Positions 14,185-28,287 are shown, counted from the first letter of the stretch. The stretch: 64,000 nucleotides of DNA from Trichinella spiralis (GCF_000181795.1 NW_003526944.1:1021204-1085203), one strand, 5' to 3'. Notes: generated from the letters alone by a model not told the origin. Program-made: numbers and translations.

Positions 14185-15528
14185 CTTCAAACTGAAATAC
14201 TAATTAGGGCTGCTTCAAAATCTACAAACACAAGCACAAACAAGAAAAAACAATTAATAATATTAAGATACTGTTGAGAACTGAAGAATATAAATTAAAA
14301 ACAAAATATATGATAAAATAAAAATTTTAAGAACAATTCAAGCAAATAAAATTAGCAAGAATTTCAAAATGACGAACAATTGAAAATGCATGCAAGCAAG
14401 GAGACAAGTAATTCATCGATAGGAGCTGAAATTTGAACAAAACTAGGATAAATTTTCTTCAGATTTAACCGGACATAAATAACAGAAGTTCATTTTCACT
14501 TACCGCTGATAACTTCAGTATATCACCCAAATGAATTCCAGAAACTACCTACAGAAGCTACAGTAATAAATAAAAATCAGTAAGCATTATTTGTGATTGA
14601 ATTTGAAGTTCAAAATATTTTTAAAATGAAATTTTCAAAATAAATTAAAAATAAATTGACAAAAAATAAAAATATATCACCATAAAATGTTTTAATATAA
14701 TTATTAATTAGCATTTCAGAAATGCAATGATAGGTACAGTATGAAATAATTAGGTTTTATTTTAAGTATTGAGAGAGAAGAATGCAGTTTTCCCCGTATT
14801 CTTCATTCATTGTTCACAGCAAAAATTATATACACTGAATTTAATTAAAAATAATATTTTTATGTGTTATTTTTATAATTAATAATATTTATTTATAATC
14901 TGTATTGCTGTAATAAGTTTGTCATTTGTTTCGTCATCAATGAATGCATTAATTCGACAACTGATTGTTTTACTGATCATTTATTTATTTATTTATTTAT
15001 TTAATTTCATCTGTGAATTTACCACATTTTTGCGTATGACTGTAGATTTTTATCTGTAGATGTTCAAGCTGTCTTAGTACAGTTGTAATTTCTGAAATTC
15101 AAAATCAACAAACAATCACTCTACCCCAAATGCAATTCTGAAACGAAAACAATTTTTGAAATATAAAATACAAGATGTGATTTTTCACTGTTAAACAAAA
15201 ATATCAAAGTGTTAAAATTTACCCTGCTTTTTTATAAAAATAGTTTGCCAGAATAACATAAGTTTCCATCGGAATTATTAATGTATTTTTCTTCTCACCG
15301 CTATCACCAAATTTACCTATAAAAAACTGTTTAAAATAAAAAATATTATACTAATCAAAAACAACCAACAAACAAAAATACCTATTACAAGTTTTTTATT
15401 TAGTACCCCTACCTCTGCCGTTGCATTTGCATAAATTTGAAAATTTCAAAACAGTGCATTAGAGAGAAATTGGACAAAATACAAAATCATTACTGCAAAA
15501 TTTGCAAAAATGTGCAAAGCATAAAAGT

Positions 15529-16474
<946 letters not shown>

Positions 16475-16717
16475 CTGTTCGAGGTTCAAAAATAAATAAA
16501 TAAATAAGCACAATAAATATGGACGTTATTGCAGCGAATGAAATACGCATTTCACAATATAATATACAACAATTTTGCAAACGCTCTCGCATTCGTATGC
16601 TGAAATGATGTGCAGATAGATTTATTTACATATATATAACAAATGATATTTAAAAAAATAACTACTGCTTATTGTTCTTCTTTAAAAGTAAGAAGAAGAA
16701 AATGGTAACCAATGAAT

Positions 16718-19700
16718 TCAAGTGGAGACGTTTTGTTCTTTGAGTGCTGAAGACGACTGCTGTTGTTGAGCTTTCATGGCCAACAGTTGGCGTTCGACGA
16801 ATTCCTCTTCTTCACTGTCAAAGTCGCTGTCGTCCCAAGGTTCTTCGTCTTCGTCATCGTCTGCTTCTTCTGCTGATGCCGCTGCTGCTGCTGCTGCTGA
16901 AATCTGTCGAGACTTTTCCATTTTCTTCTGATCGCAAGTTGAAGATTCAGCAACCGAAGAAGCTGCTTGAACAGGAACGTCAGTCTTCGTCGTTCCGGGC
17001 GCAGCTGATGCAGAAGGTGCTGGCGGTGCTGATTCCGTCGGACAAGCCACGCCCGGTTCGGTCGACTTGGCCCCACTGGCAACAGCAGCAACCCCATTAA
17101 ACCAAGCCGGATTCACACACACTGGATACGTAAAGTGTGGAAGACCGTGCGCCGCAGGCTGGGGCACACTGAACTGACAGCCAGCTTGCATAACATTGGT
17201 CCATACTGAATTGTTGAAAGGTGCTGGATAAAACTGGAGATACGGATAATACGGATTCCAAGTTGGTGCGCAAGCACCGGCATCTGGAACTGCCGCACCT
17301 TCGGCCGGTAAAGATTGGCTGAAACAATTTTTCCATTTGCATCTCACAAATTCACATAAATTAATCGTTCAATTACAGTGAAGAGGTGGAGAAAGGCATC
17401 CCCGGTGCGGACAATACCCTCAACGGAGTCGGCAGGAGACAACTTCTCAACGAAGACGGTGTGCGAGAAAGTGAAGACGACGGTGCTTCATGCTTGCGCA
17501 AATAGCGCATATCACTGCGCTTGCGAAATCGTTCTATAAATTCTCGCTTGCTTCGATGACGCGTCAACAATTCCGAATCACTCTGAGTTCCAACATCTGC
17601 AGATTATTCGATTTGCAAACAAATCAAAGAAAAATCAAAAAAAGAAAAAAATTACCAACGGCAGAACCAGATGCAGAATTCAACGGAGTCGTTCGAGCAT
17701 ATCTGTTGGTCGTGATTTCAACATCCATAGCACTTTGCAACGAATGCAACTCACATTCGTCTTTACAATCATTATTTAGATTCCCTTTTCGATTGCCGTG
17801 CATCTTCGATCGATTTCGAATCATTCCAATTTTTTCTCTGAACAATCTGAAATGTTCAAAATTGCAAACGATGCTCCAGTTTCATCAACAATTATTCCAT
17901 TACTGAAGCCAAGCTTCTCTGTCCAACTCATAACGGGACTGGAGCCACAAAAATGCGCAATCAATAAGTCCTGGGAACAGAAATTGCACCAAAAACCCAA
18001 CTTTTACCAGTGCAATGTTCAGTGTATGCATCAGTTTACAATGCAGTGAAGGATAAGGATGATCCAACTGGCATCTAAACAAATGCAACTCATGCTATTA
18101 ATTTAATACGTAAAAATAATTTATATATATATATATGGATGGATAACTTACAAAAAGAAATCAACAAGAGCAGCGTTTCGTTTGTAAAACATGCTCATGT
18201 CGTAAATGTGCAATCCCAAATCAGTAACATAAAGTAATAAATTGGTTGTAAACAGTATTCCTAAAATAAAAAATAAAAAATTTCATATTTGTATTCGTTA
18301 AATAATAATGCACATACAATAAATACATCAATAATTTATTTTATATTTTACTCAATTTTTTTATAATTCATCAGTAAAGTATTACTGAAAAGTAGGTTTT
18401 TTCTCAGCAACAGATGCACGGCATTGAATATTATTTATAATAATATATAATTATTTAAATTTATCATAGCATATTTTCAAAAAAGACTACTTACCCAATT
18501 TTGCAGTAGAAAAGCCATACCATAATCTGCGTTGGGAAGCAACTGTATTCGCAGCTCGTGAAATGTGATGACGTCGAGCAATAGCTGCAAAATTCAACGT
18601 TAAAGTATAGAACAAATAGTACAATTCACATACAATACACTCAGTACAATTACTTACTAATTATGAAAAATGTGGTTGTCATAATCAACGCTATGCCAGT
18701 TGGCAAATAAACAAGATAGAAATTATTCATAGGGTCATCCACTCCAAAATAGCACATGCCATTGATACCATCAGGACCGTACTAAAGTTAAAATAAAAAA
18801 CTTTTTAATCAGTTCAACATAGAAGCTTTCAATATTCGTTGTATGTTCAATCAATTCTTTGCCACATATACATATATGGTTCTTTTCTAAATAAGCAAAA
18901 GAATTCAACTTACAGACATGGAAGAGATGACTGTGATAACCAGCAAAAGGCATGGACCCCAGAGAGCAAAATGAACATTATTGATAAGCTTATCGTAAAC
19001 CGAATGGCTGAAATCGGATGATGACGGCAAGGTTTCGGCTAGTTGAAAAGCAAAAAATACAGTCAACCATCCGCTGGATGCCAGCGTGGATAAATAAAGA
19101 CAAACAAATTGTAAAGTGCAAATACTGCTTCTGAAATGCCTAAAATCAAGAAAAATCTGTCAAGTAGAAGAGGCAAAACAAATGACAAATTGAACATTGA
19201 ACAACTTACTTTTGATCTTTCGATCGCAAACTGCCGTCGCTGTTGCAAGATACAAGATATTTAAATTTAAATCGAAACGCAATAACCAAAGCAATAACTG
19301 CATGACAGAATATTTTCCATGTCAAAGGATAAAAATCTTTTGGAATTCGTCGAACTCCAGTAACAGTAGCAATCTGCAAGAATATAATTATAATATTTTA
19401 TACTATATTATATTTCCGTTGAAATTTCAAGAAGCAGTTCAAAAAAATTACAAATGTAAAAAACACTTACTAATGTTAATATCAGAAATGTACAAATTAT
19501 AGGAGCCAAGAAGAGAACAACAGAGTCAAGTTCTTCATGTTCTTGAGGTTTCAACCAGTGGCTTGTGCAGTTGAAAGCACAGTTAGGAAAGTGAAGCTGA
19601 TCCCTATGCTCTGAATAAACCAACGGAAGAAGACAGCTAGCTCGGTTTGTCGAAATGTTTTCGTGTCGGAACAACGGTTGCAAACTTTGCTATAAAGCAT

Positions 19701-20377
19701 AAACAACAATACAATTCTTTTTTTTTGATGATGTGAGCTTAATTTTCCAATTGCCTTTAGCTCACCTTGCAATCTCTGCTGTACAGTTTTGAATCCTGAC
19801 AATTGCTGAGAATCTTAGGCCAACGGCCGTGTTTTATAAGAAACTGACACTGATCCCGTGTTTCTATGCACAACGATTCTGAAATGAGACGGACTCTGGA
19901 ATTTTTACAAGGAGCCATCATGGCTGAGCAAAGCATTTCTTTCAGATAAGGCCAACAATGAGATAAGCGATAAAAATTTTCATAACCCGAAGTATCTTAA
20001 ATATGTCATAATTAGTCATGAGTCAGTGGTAAGCAAAAGAAAAAAGTTCGGAACAAACAGAAAAGAAAACTATCATTACTAGCATTTGTAATGATACTGA
20101 GTGGATAAACTTCCTTGGTTGCAAGAGTTTCACCAAAACATTTCAACTCTTTATCATGAGTTAAACATTTTTCTGTTGTAGATCTCCAGCACAGTGGATC
20201 ATTCAACCAACTGTTGGTGAAAAAAAACCTCTGTCCACCGCCTTTATACTGCTGTACAATGTCAACAGGAAACAAACGTTTTTGCAAATGACTGGGATCA
20301 TATGTTACATTTTTATTTAAAACAACAGAAATACCATTTAAAATGAATAAAAATAAAAAACAATAATCATAAAACAT
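16718..20377 (-). CDS. smo: Smoothened (class F GPCR): signal peptide, CRD, 7TM, long C-terminal tail; multi-exon
   Basis: CRD: CFGETL, CWPYLKEMLCSAMMAPCKNSRVRLISESLCIETRDQC...RWPKIL. Linker: CLLPLV...CAFNCTSHWLKPQEH. 7TM: VSCNSDGSLR, SICTLQFVCLY...GWLTVF, HFALWGP, DGINGMCYFG, HIYD...DFFLCQ, GLIDCAFLW. All are colinear with SMO rather than FZD. A GT-AG intron (~17326-17375) joins the tail in phase to ORF 16718-17347. Confidence 0.88.
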
Positions 20378-22072
20378 GGGTAAAATTTTCAAATACAAAA
20401 AAACAAAATATTACCATAACTACAGTAAGGCAATTGATAAGTAAGGTTGCATGCGCATGGTCGATGCCATCAAAGAAATTAACAAAAACAAAATTTTAAT
20501 GTGAAAAAGTAATACTTAATGAAAAAAAAGTATTCTACACGTCAACGTTTTTCTCAGTTTTTCAGTAAAAATTTGCTCCATTAATTGTTTTGTTATAATT
20601 TTCATTTGTATGTAGAATATATTATCAAAAAGGTTCTGTCGAAATTAGCAAGAAAATCAATGCGCACAAAATGTTCAACTGTCGCACTTGCTGTTTTGAC
20701 GATAATAAGTGCATGAAAAGCAGCCCACAACTCGACGATAAGAAGATTCAATTAAGCAGTGGCTGACTGTAGCCTATAAACAAAAGTCAAGTTTAACTTT
20801 GATAAGCTGATGTTCGATTTGCTTTTCAAAGCAAGTGTTTTTATTTGCTGATTGATAACGCTTATAATAAATAATAATTCTCTCGTTCTATGGGAAGACT
20901 TTAAAATTCTGATCCAACATTTCAAGTTGTAATGAAATAATAAAAAAATCCAAAAAATTGATGAATGACATTCATGTTTTGAAACAAGCGAGCATGGAAA
21001 AAATGCTTTTCTTTTTTCGAAACTTAACCATATTTAAAGTGAGTGATACATACATACATACATACATACATGAAAGCGCTTTCAAAGAAACATTGCCTGT
21101 GAAAAATTCTCTTAAATGACATTCATCAATCCGGCTCATTTCAATTTTATTACTGAATGACCATTGATGATGCAGTTTTATATTTATTTTTATGGTATCA
21201 AAGTAACACAATAATATGAATTCGCCAAAAACACTTCAATATTTAAATGCTACTGCTGCAGCATTGTGACGTTTGTTCAACTGAACGCTGATAGCTAGAT
21301 GTCTTTTTTGAGTAAAAAATGTCACAAAAAAACAAATAAAACATAAATCAAGTTCAAGATGCAAACAATTAATGTATAAAAAAAGGAAGAAGAACAGTCG
21401 AATGACAGGCTCGTTGAATGACTGACCTCAACGGTAAGTAAGCAAAGTGCGTTAACTGAAAACGACCTTGTGTCTAGCACATTAGGGTAAATATCTTTCT
21501 GAACAGCCCAGACACACACACACATATATATATATATATCATCGCACTGCTTGCTTCAGGTGACCTTTAGTCCAGACCATCGAAAATTTGCACATAAACA
21601 ATAATTAACAAATTGCAATTGACAAAGGAAAAAAATAACAACAGTAATAATAAAACAACATAAAAGTAGACAGGAAAAAAGGTTGGTGAAATAAAAAAAT
21701 CAAAATAATAAAGCTAATAATAATAATAATGCCTGTGCTAATAATAGGTTAGTTCATCACTTGCCTCCTGAAATGTTTCATATATTGAATTTTGCGCAAT
21801 TAATCTGCCTGCTGTCAGTTTTTCACTTGCATTTGCAGTATAGAAATTAATTTCCATTTCAACAAATAGTAAACATGGGATGAGAGGCATTCACACCAAT
21901 TGCATCATCCCCCTCACAAATGAAAACAAAGTAATACAGCATTTGTAAACGAATGGCAAGGGCAAAAAAAAACATCATCATCAAAATATCTCAATAATAG
22001 AGTTTGCATATCGAACAATTACTTGCGAAATAATAATGCAAACAAAATAGCTTTTTATCAATTCCGCTCAAA

Positions 22073-23128
22073 TCAAATTGGATCAGTTGCAGATTTCAAT
22101 TCTGCTAGCTGAAATTTGAGAAAATTTTTAGAAAAATTCTAAAACCGATACGATTGATTTAACGATGATACATATACATACCGCTTTACGTAACAGAGAG
22201 GCGGATTTTTCCGGCTTTTCCATGTTTTCTTCGTTGAAATAGCACCAAAGTTCATGACTGATCCGAGGTATAAGTTCTCTGATAGCTTTCAATTTTGCCA
22301 TAGCTACAACAGACAAGAAAGGAAAATCAAACATACATACATACACACATCAAGCGCCGCAGTGAGAAACGTTGCATAAATTTTACATTCAATCGCATCA
22401 GTCTCTTCATTTTGCACAGCGTGTGAAAATTTGAGCATCGGTTGACCAAAATATGAATACAATTTCAAAGTCCGTGGTTTGTAATTACGCTTTTTGGATG
22501 CTTCGGATGAAGAACCTTCTTCGGCATGTTCCGCGTTGACGTGCCGTTCGAGCAGTTTCACAGTGGCAAATTGAGTTTTACAATTCGACACTGGACAGTG
22601 GAATGGTTTGGGTCCACAGTGCCAATATTCGACGTGCGGAAGAAGCCAGTCAACGCTTCGTCCCAGACGATGCTTGGAAATGCATCCTTTCCACAAACAG
22701 CACGCAGTGCTGGGATTTTTGCTCGCCTCAATCACGTGACGTTCCAAATGTTCCCGCATATATTCATCTGGTCCAAGTTCGGCGGACTGGCAATTTTCCC
22801 AAAGACATATCCGCGGTTCGACTGTACATCGGTAACAGTGTTGTTCTTCTTTTGGTTTGGTGTTGTTCGACTGAGTGTTGTCGTCGGTGATTTCGAAAGA
22901 CAGCTGAGCAGATCCAAGCGATGACAAAGAAGTCCTCCTGGAACTGCAATGATTTTCATTGTAAATTTTCGAAACGTTGCTAGTCGACTGTTGCCGATTC
23001 GACGTTTCACCAGACACGCCAGTAACGAAACCAGAATCATCAGATTGCATAGACTGTATCCATTCATCAACTTTGTTCTCAATTTGCATTAATTTTCGAT
23101 TTCGGCGTCGTGGTCGTAAAACAGGCAT
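22073..23128 (-). CDS. AEBP2: AEBP2/Jing-like triple C2H2 zinc-finger protein (PRC2 cofactor family); start uncertain
   Basis: CLWENC..H..H, CLWKGC...SVDWLLPHV..HCGPKPFHCPVSNC..QFAT..LLERHV match AEBP2/jing fingers (CLWKGC...SWLQRH..HSGDKPFKC.V..C...FA....L.RHV). Two short downstream exons splice in phase to TGA at 22073-22075. Confidence 0.75.
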
Positions 23129-26100
23129 AATTTCACAATCCAATTCTAAATTACACAAAGCTGTTAAATTAATCATCTCACGCTCTGCAGTAACAATGTT
23201 GCACTATAATAAATGATAACAGAAAAATATTGGACGCTGAATTAATTTTCCGCAAGTCATTCTTAAAAATAGGAATAAACAAAAGTGAACAACAAATTAA
23301 GCTTGAGCTAGCTAGCTAGCTATATAGTCAGTGAAAATGGATAGTCGCTTCGAAATGTGCTGCCGTTCAGTTAACTTGCTTATAGAAAAACCCTGTCTCG
23401 TCGTCGTCTCCTTTTAATTCGCGCTGAATCCCAACCATCTGTGCAGCTGTCTAAATTTGTGAGAAGCTTTATGAAATTTTTCATCCGGACACACTAACAC
23501 ATCAGACATATAATAATGGCAAAAGTGGAGGAGTTCAAATGTGGATGGAGGTGGAAGTGGCAAAAAATTAAAAAAAAACACAACAACGAACAACGCCCAT
23601 CTGGATATTGGTGACATACTTGCCGACTTTGAATTGATTAAGTAAAAATGCTGCAGCTGATTTGCTGCTGTTGCTGTTGCTGCTGCTGCTACTGCGACTG
23701 CTGTTGCTGACCAGCAGACGGACAGACGGACGGCCAAACAAAGAATTGTTGGCAATGCAAAATGCATGCAGGCCGTTCGTTGACTCTCAAAAGAGAATGC
23801 TTTTTATCGATCGCCCCCGCTAACGCTCCCCATTCATGCATTCATTCATCTATGCACTGCAAACAACCTGTGTGTCTGTGTGTGCTTGTTTGCAAGGCCA
23901 GCAGCATTTTTGCAAACATGCGGCACTGACCAAGTATAATTTCACCACAGCTGACTGTTGGTTGAAAAAAACAAAGAATAGCCTCTCAAATGTTTGCTTT
24001 GTCATTCAATATCGAAACGAAACATATGGAGAAAAAAAACATAATTATATACATAAATGAATATGTCGTCGTCGTCTTCTTCTTCTTCTTCTATTAATTA
24101 ATTATCTCATCTGATGTTATGCAAAATGCATAAATCTCACGAAATAAAAAGAGAACATACTTTTGCAGTTAGATCATTTCTGATTGGCGATGCTGAAACG
24201 TCAGCTGTGCATAAAAAGCGATGAACATGAAATTATTTACGCAAAAGTAAAATTTCACATCATTGACAAAGACAACTCGGATATTAGTGTTCATGATGAA
24301 AAAAAAACAAAAAATCTGCACAAATATCATCGAAATTTGCTTTTTCTTCAAATAAAATCACGAGACAAAATAATGAAATGATAATTTCAAAGATGCAAAA
24401 ACAAAATTGTAACCTTTCTGCAAAGAATAAAAAAGGAAGTATTATTATTATTATTAGAGATATATAAATTTTGTGCAAGCATCTGTTTTGCAATTTTCAT
24501 TGCAGACCAACCGCTGCAAGGTGACAGCAAAAAACTGGGCCATCACTGAGTACAGACAAAACTCGAACAACAAATCAATCTCTTCACTACACTATAACTA
24601 CCAGCAACTCACGTACCTTAACAAGCTACAGTGACTGTAAACATGAGAAGAACTAAGCAAAAATTGAAACAGCCGTATCGACTGTTACGAAGAAGCAATC
24701 GATCAGTGAAAAGCATTGAAAGGAAAAAAATTTTTTGATATATTTTTCTTGAAAGTTTTTTTTTCAAATAAAGGTATTAATCAAAAACCATTTTACACTT
24801 ATCCAAAAAAAAATGCAATCTTATTAATCTTGTCACTGTCGATTTGCCGGGATTCGAAATTTACAGATGTTTCACCCACAGTTTTACTTACATTTTCATA
24901 GCAGCGCTTCTTTCACACACAGTGCACACTTGTTAACAAATGTACAAACTATTTCACTTTAAACGGAAAAATCACTCCACTGAAGACAATTAATTTCTAT
25001 TTTATTTCATCAGCTTCTAAATTTTACCGCACAAACTGTAAGTTATGATTTTAAAAATTACAAAAAAATAAAACAATTATGACTTGCGTGCAAAAAACAC
25101 AAAAGTGTGAAACGTGCGCAGAATTACCGTAAAATATAAAAATTGTCAAGTACAAATAACCTAGGACAAACGAGCAGCGGCAACTAAACGTGGGTCAATA
25201 CGAAGATCATTTGAAAAAAACCACTAATAATACGGAATGAAACGGCGGATTGAAAAAATTCACAATCAACTTCAAAATTGTTCCATTGTACTCAACTTCA
25301 CAAATATTTATTCATTTATCATACAATTCAAGAGCAAACAAATGACAATTCAATGCAAATAATTTTCAAAAATGAAGAAAAATTGAAAAAAGAAAAATTA
25401 ACACATTGACGTAGCATTTATAAAACAATAAGAATACAAAAAATATTTTTAAGCAAAATTATTATTATTATTATTGCCAAGTAATAAAAAACAAACCCCC
25501 AGTACATAATGAAAAAAACAATAGCATTTTGCAAGCAAAACCACTATCAAAATAGCAAGCATTAAGCCATACCGGAAATGTTAACATAAAATTTTTGAAA
25601 AAAGACAAATAAATAAATAAATTTTTTTTTGAACTTTTTTTTGAAATTTACATTATGATCTGAAAACTTTTAACTTTATCGCCAAAGAGATATGACAACT
25701 CATTTGACCAGAACAATAGCAATAAATTCACAGGATAATAGAGAATCGAATCGAATCGAATCAAATAAAATATTAAAATCGAAATATTAAAAAAAACAAA
25801 TAACAGCAAACATTTTAGCCATCAACCCTGAATGCAATTCTGAATTGTACACTTAAATACAAATAAAAGTACTGATAATTATTTTTGATCTACCACAGTA
25901 TTAAACTTGGACCAGCAATCAGAGGTGCTTCTTGTCATTGTGAAATTTTCAAATAAATAAATTGCATACATGTAAACATGATCAAATAAATAAACAACGT
26001 AAACAAGCAAATACATAAAAGCATTTAGCCCATGAGAGAGAACACTGATAAAGCTTGACCAAAGAGAATTAAAAAAATCTTAATAAATATTAAAACCACA

Positions 26101-26742
26101 AAAGGGAGGTTCTTTTCTTACGATGATCCATTATGAAAGGACAACAAAATAAATCAGATGTTAAACAGTAAGTAAATTTTTCGTGAGCATCATTATGCAC
26201 AGAGTGCACGATGAAATTAGGAACATAAATAAAGATTAAAACACAAAATACAATTGCACTACAAACATTGTTGAAAGCAAGCAATGAAACTTGCAAATCA
26301 TTTAAACCGCATAAAAATCAAACTGACAAAGAAAAAGCAATTGTTGATATAAAAAGAAATTTCAGTTCAAAACATTTCATTTCGTGATTATTCGCCTAAA
26401 TAAAACACGTGGTAATAAAAGAATACAGTGCAAAGCACATTTGCATGATATGCTTAAATTTGAATTTAATAAATATATTTTCAAATCGTCAGATTATGTA
26501 GCACATCTGTATTTCAACTTCTATCCCTTCTCACACAACACATTCATTCACTGCTGTGGTTCATCAAATTCTACATTTTCAGGATGTTTATTTTCCCAAA
26601 CTTACTACAGTAAGAATCAATGTTTCCAAAAAAAAATCTACTTTGAAAATTTTCATTTTCATCAGCCAAATTAAACTGACTTCTAAGCTGAATAAAAAAT
26701 ATCCTTTTAATTCTCCTACTGCAAACAAATAAACATATTTAT

Positions 26743-26989
26743 TTAGTATATGCTTTTGTTTTCAACAGGAAAATATTTATTATAATATTCACTTGGTGTT
26801 TTCACTTTTTTCAAAGTGTATTCTCTAGATTTGCATACAGTTTCTAAAGACAATGCTCTCATCTGAATTCTCTTCTGCACAACAACATTAACAATACATC
26901 CTGCATCCTCAATATTATTTTTTATTACACTATAATACACTTCTCCATTTCCGTTAATAAATCTCAGCAGTAAATCTGAATAGATTAAT
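26743..26989 (-). CDS. Possible exon of an unidentified gene
   Basis: Open, protein-like frame (LIYSDLLLRFINGNGEVYY...ENKSIY*) after a tttgtag acceptor; no upstream exon found. Confidence 0.2.
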
Positions 26990-27789
26990 CTACAAATATA
27001 CAAGCAAATAAAGGTATACATATAAATGCAAATTTTTATTTATGGTGATAATACAAAAATAATTAGCCAAAAGACATTTTTTCCATTCAGTCAATCGTGC
27101 TAAACCAACGCAATTGCAAGCATGCATGCCTAACTGCTAAATCATCTAGAAATTCCTTCAATCAACCCAACTGCACAAGATACAATTTTCAACCTTATCC
27201 ATCCGCCCACTACCAATTATTCACATAATGTTATATATTACATTATTCACGTAATATTTCTCTAAATTATAGCTCGTGTGCATTTTTCTTTGAATATTAC
27301 ACAATGAAATCACACATTGTGATTGAATGATTGAATCACAATCATCGAAATATAGAGAATAGCCCAAGCAAAACGACTCCACCGCTATCAATCTATGTCA
27401 ATGCATGGAATCGACTAGTAATATAGTAGCTAGTAATGTCTAGAATAAAGTTTGAAAAAAAAAACAAACACGAATAATAAATAAGGTATTAATTAAATTC
27501 ACGTGTTAAAACTACTTTAATTCATGCAGTTGCTTATGGGAAAAAATGGATTATAAAATGAACTAAAAATGAATGTACAATACAGTTTTCTGACAAATAT
27601 AAATCAATTTAAAATTTAAAGAATTAAAAGAAAAAAAACCACAGAAAATAGCAAGCATTAAAGCAGTGTCCATTCACAACGCCAGCTGAACAACCAACAC
27701 ACGCATGAATAAAATAAATAAATTTGTGTGTAATATTTTTATTTTGAATAGCAATAATTTGTTGTTCAGTTGTCCATTCTGTTCCATCA

Positions 27790-28287
27790 AAAACTGTGTA
27801 CAATGGGTAAATTTTTCCACATTGCTTTTGTGTTATTACGCGGAAATGTTGATGACAACAACGCGCATTTTTTATCGATTTGAAGTAATTGTTTAAAATT
27901 TAAGTCACATTTTGAGAATAATTTAAAATTTTCAGTAATGTTAGCATGAAATTGGAGGAAAATATTGGACGGATTGATCGTTGGCAATAATTGATCGCTT
28001 GTCGACAAGTATGCAAGTCAACAGGTGACCAAGGGGAAGCAGAAAATAGCGGGATGTCTAAAGCCAACGCTGATCCAACGTTTGGTCACCCAGCGGATGG
28101 CCGGATACACCGCCTACAGTGGAAAAATGACGAGGTTGAGCGATTTTGTTCGGCTGTTTCCGGCCATTAGCTCAAAGTCAGGGAGGATGATTGATCGCGA
28201 AACGCACTCCCACTAACAGCGAGCGCAAAGCTCTGGCTCTAACTGAGGCCAGCTGAAAATTTTAAGCTAGAAGACTAACAGCTAACA

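Noticed and set aside
16718..17347. Standalone 209-aa low-complexity gene
   Set aside because: It splices in phase onto the Smoothened tail exon.
19063..19248. Apparent stop inside Smoothened (ORF ending HPADG*)
   Set aside because: Wrong frame; another frame reads through TM3-TM4 (SICTLQF...HFALWGP) without interruption.
22304..23176. Zinc-finger gene as Gli/Ci, forming a Hedgehog cluster with smo
   Set aside because: Only three fingers, without the Gli FKAQYMLVVH or SRLENLKTH motifs; it fits AEBP2/Jing.
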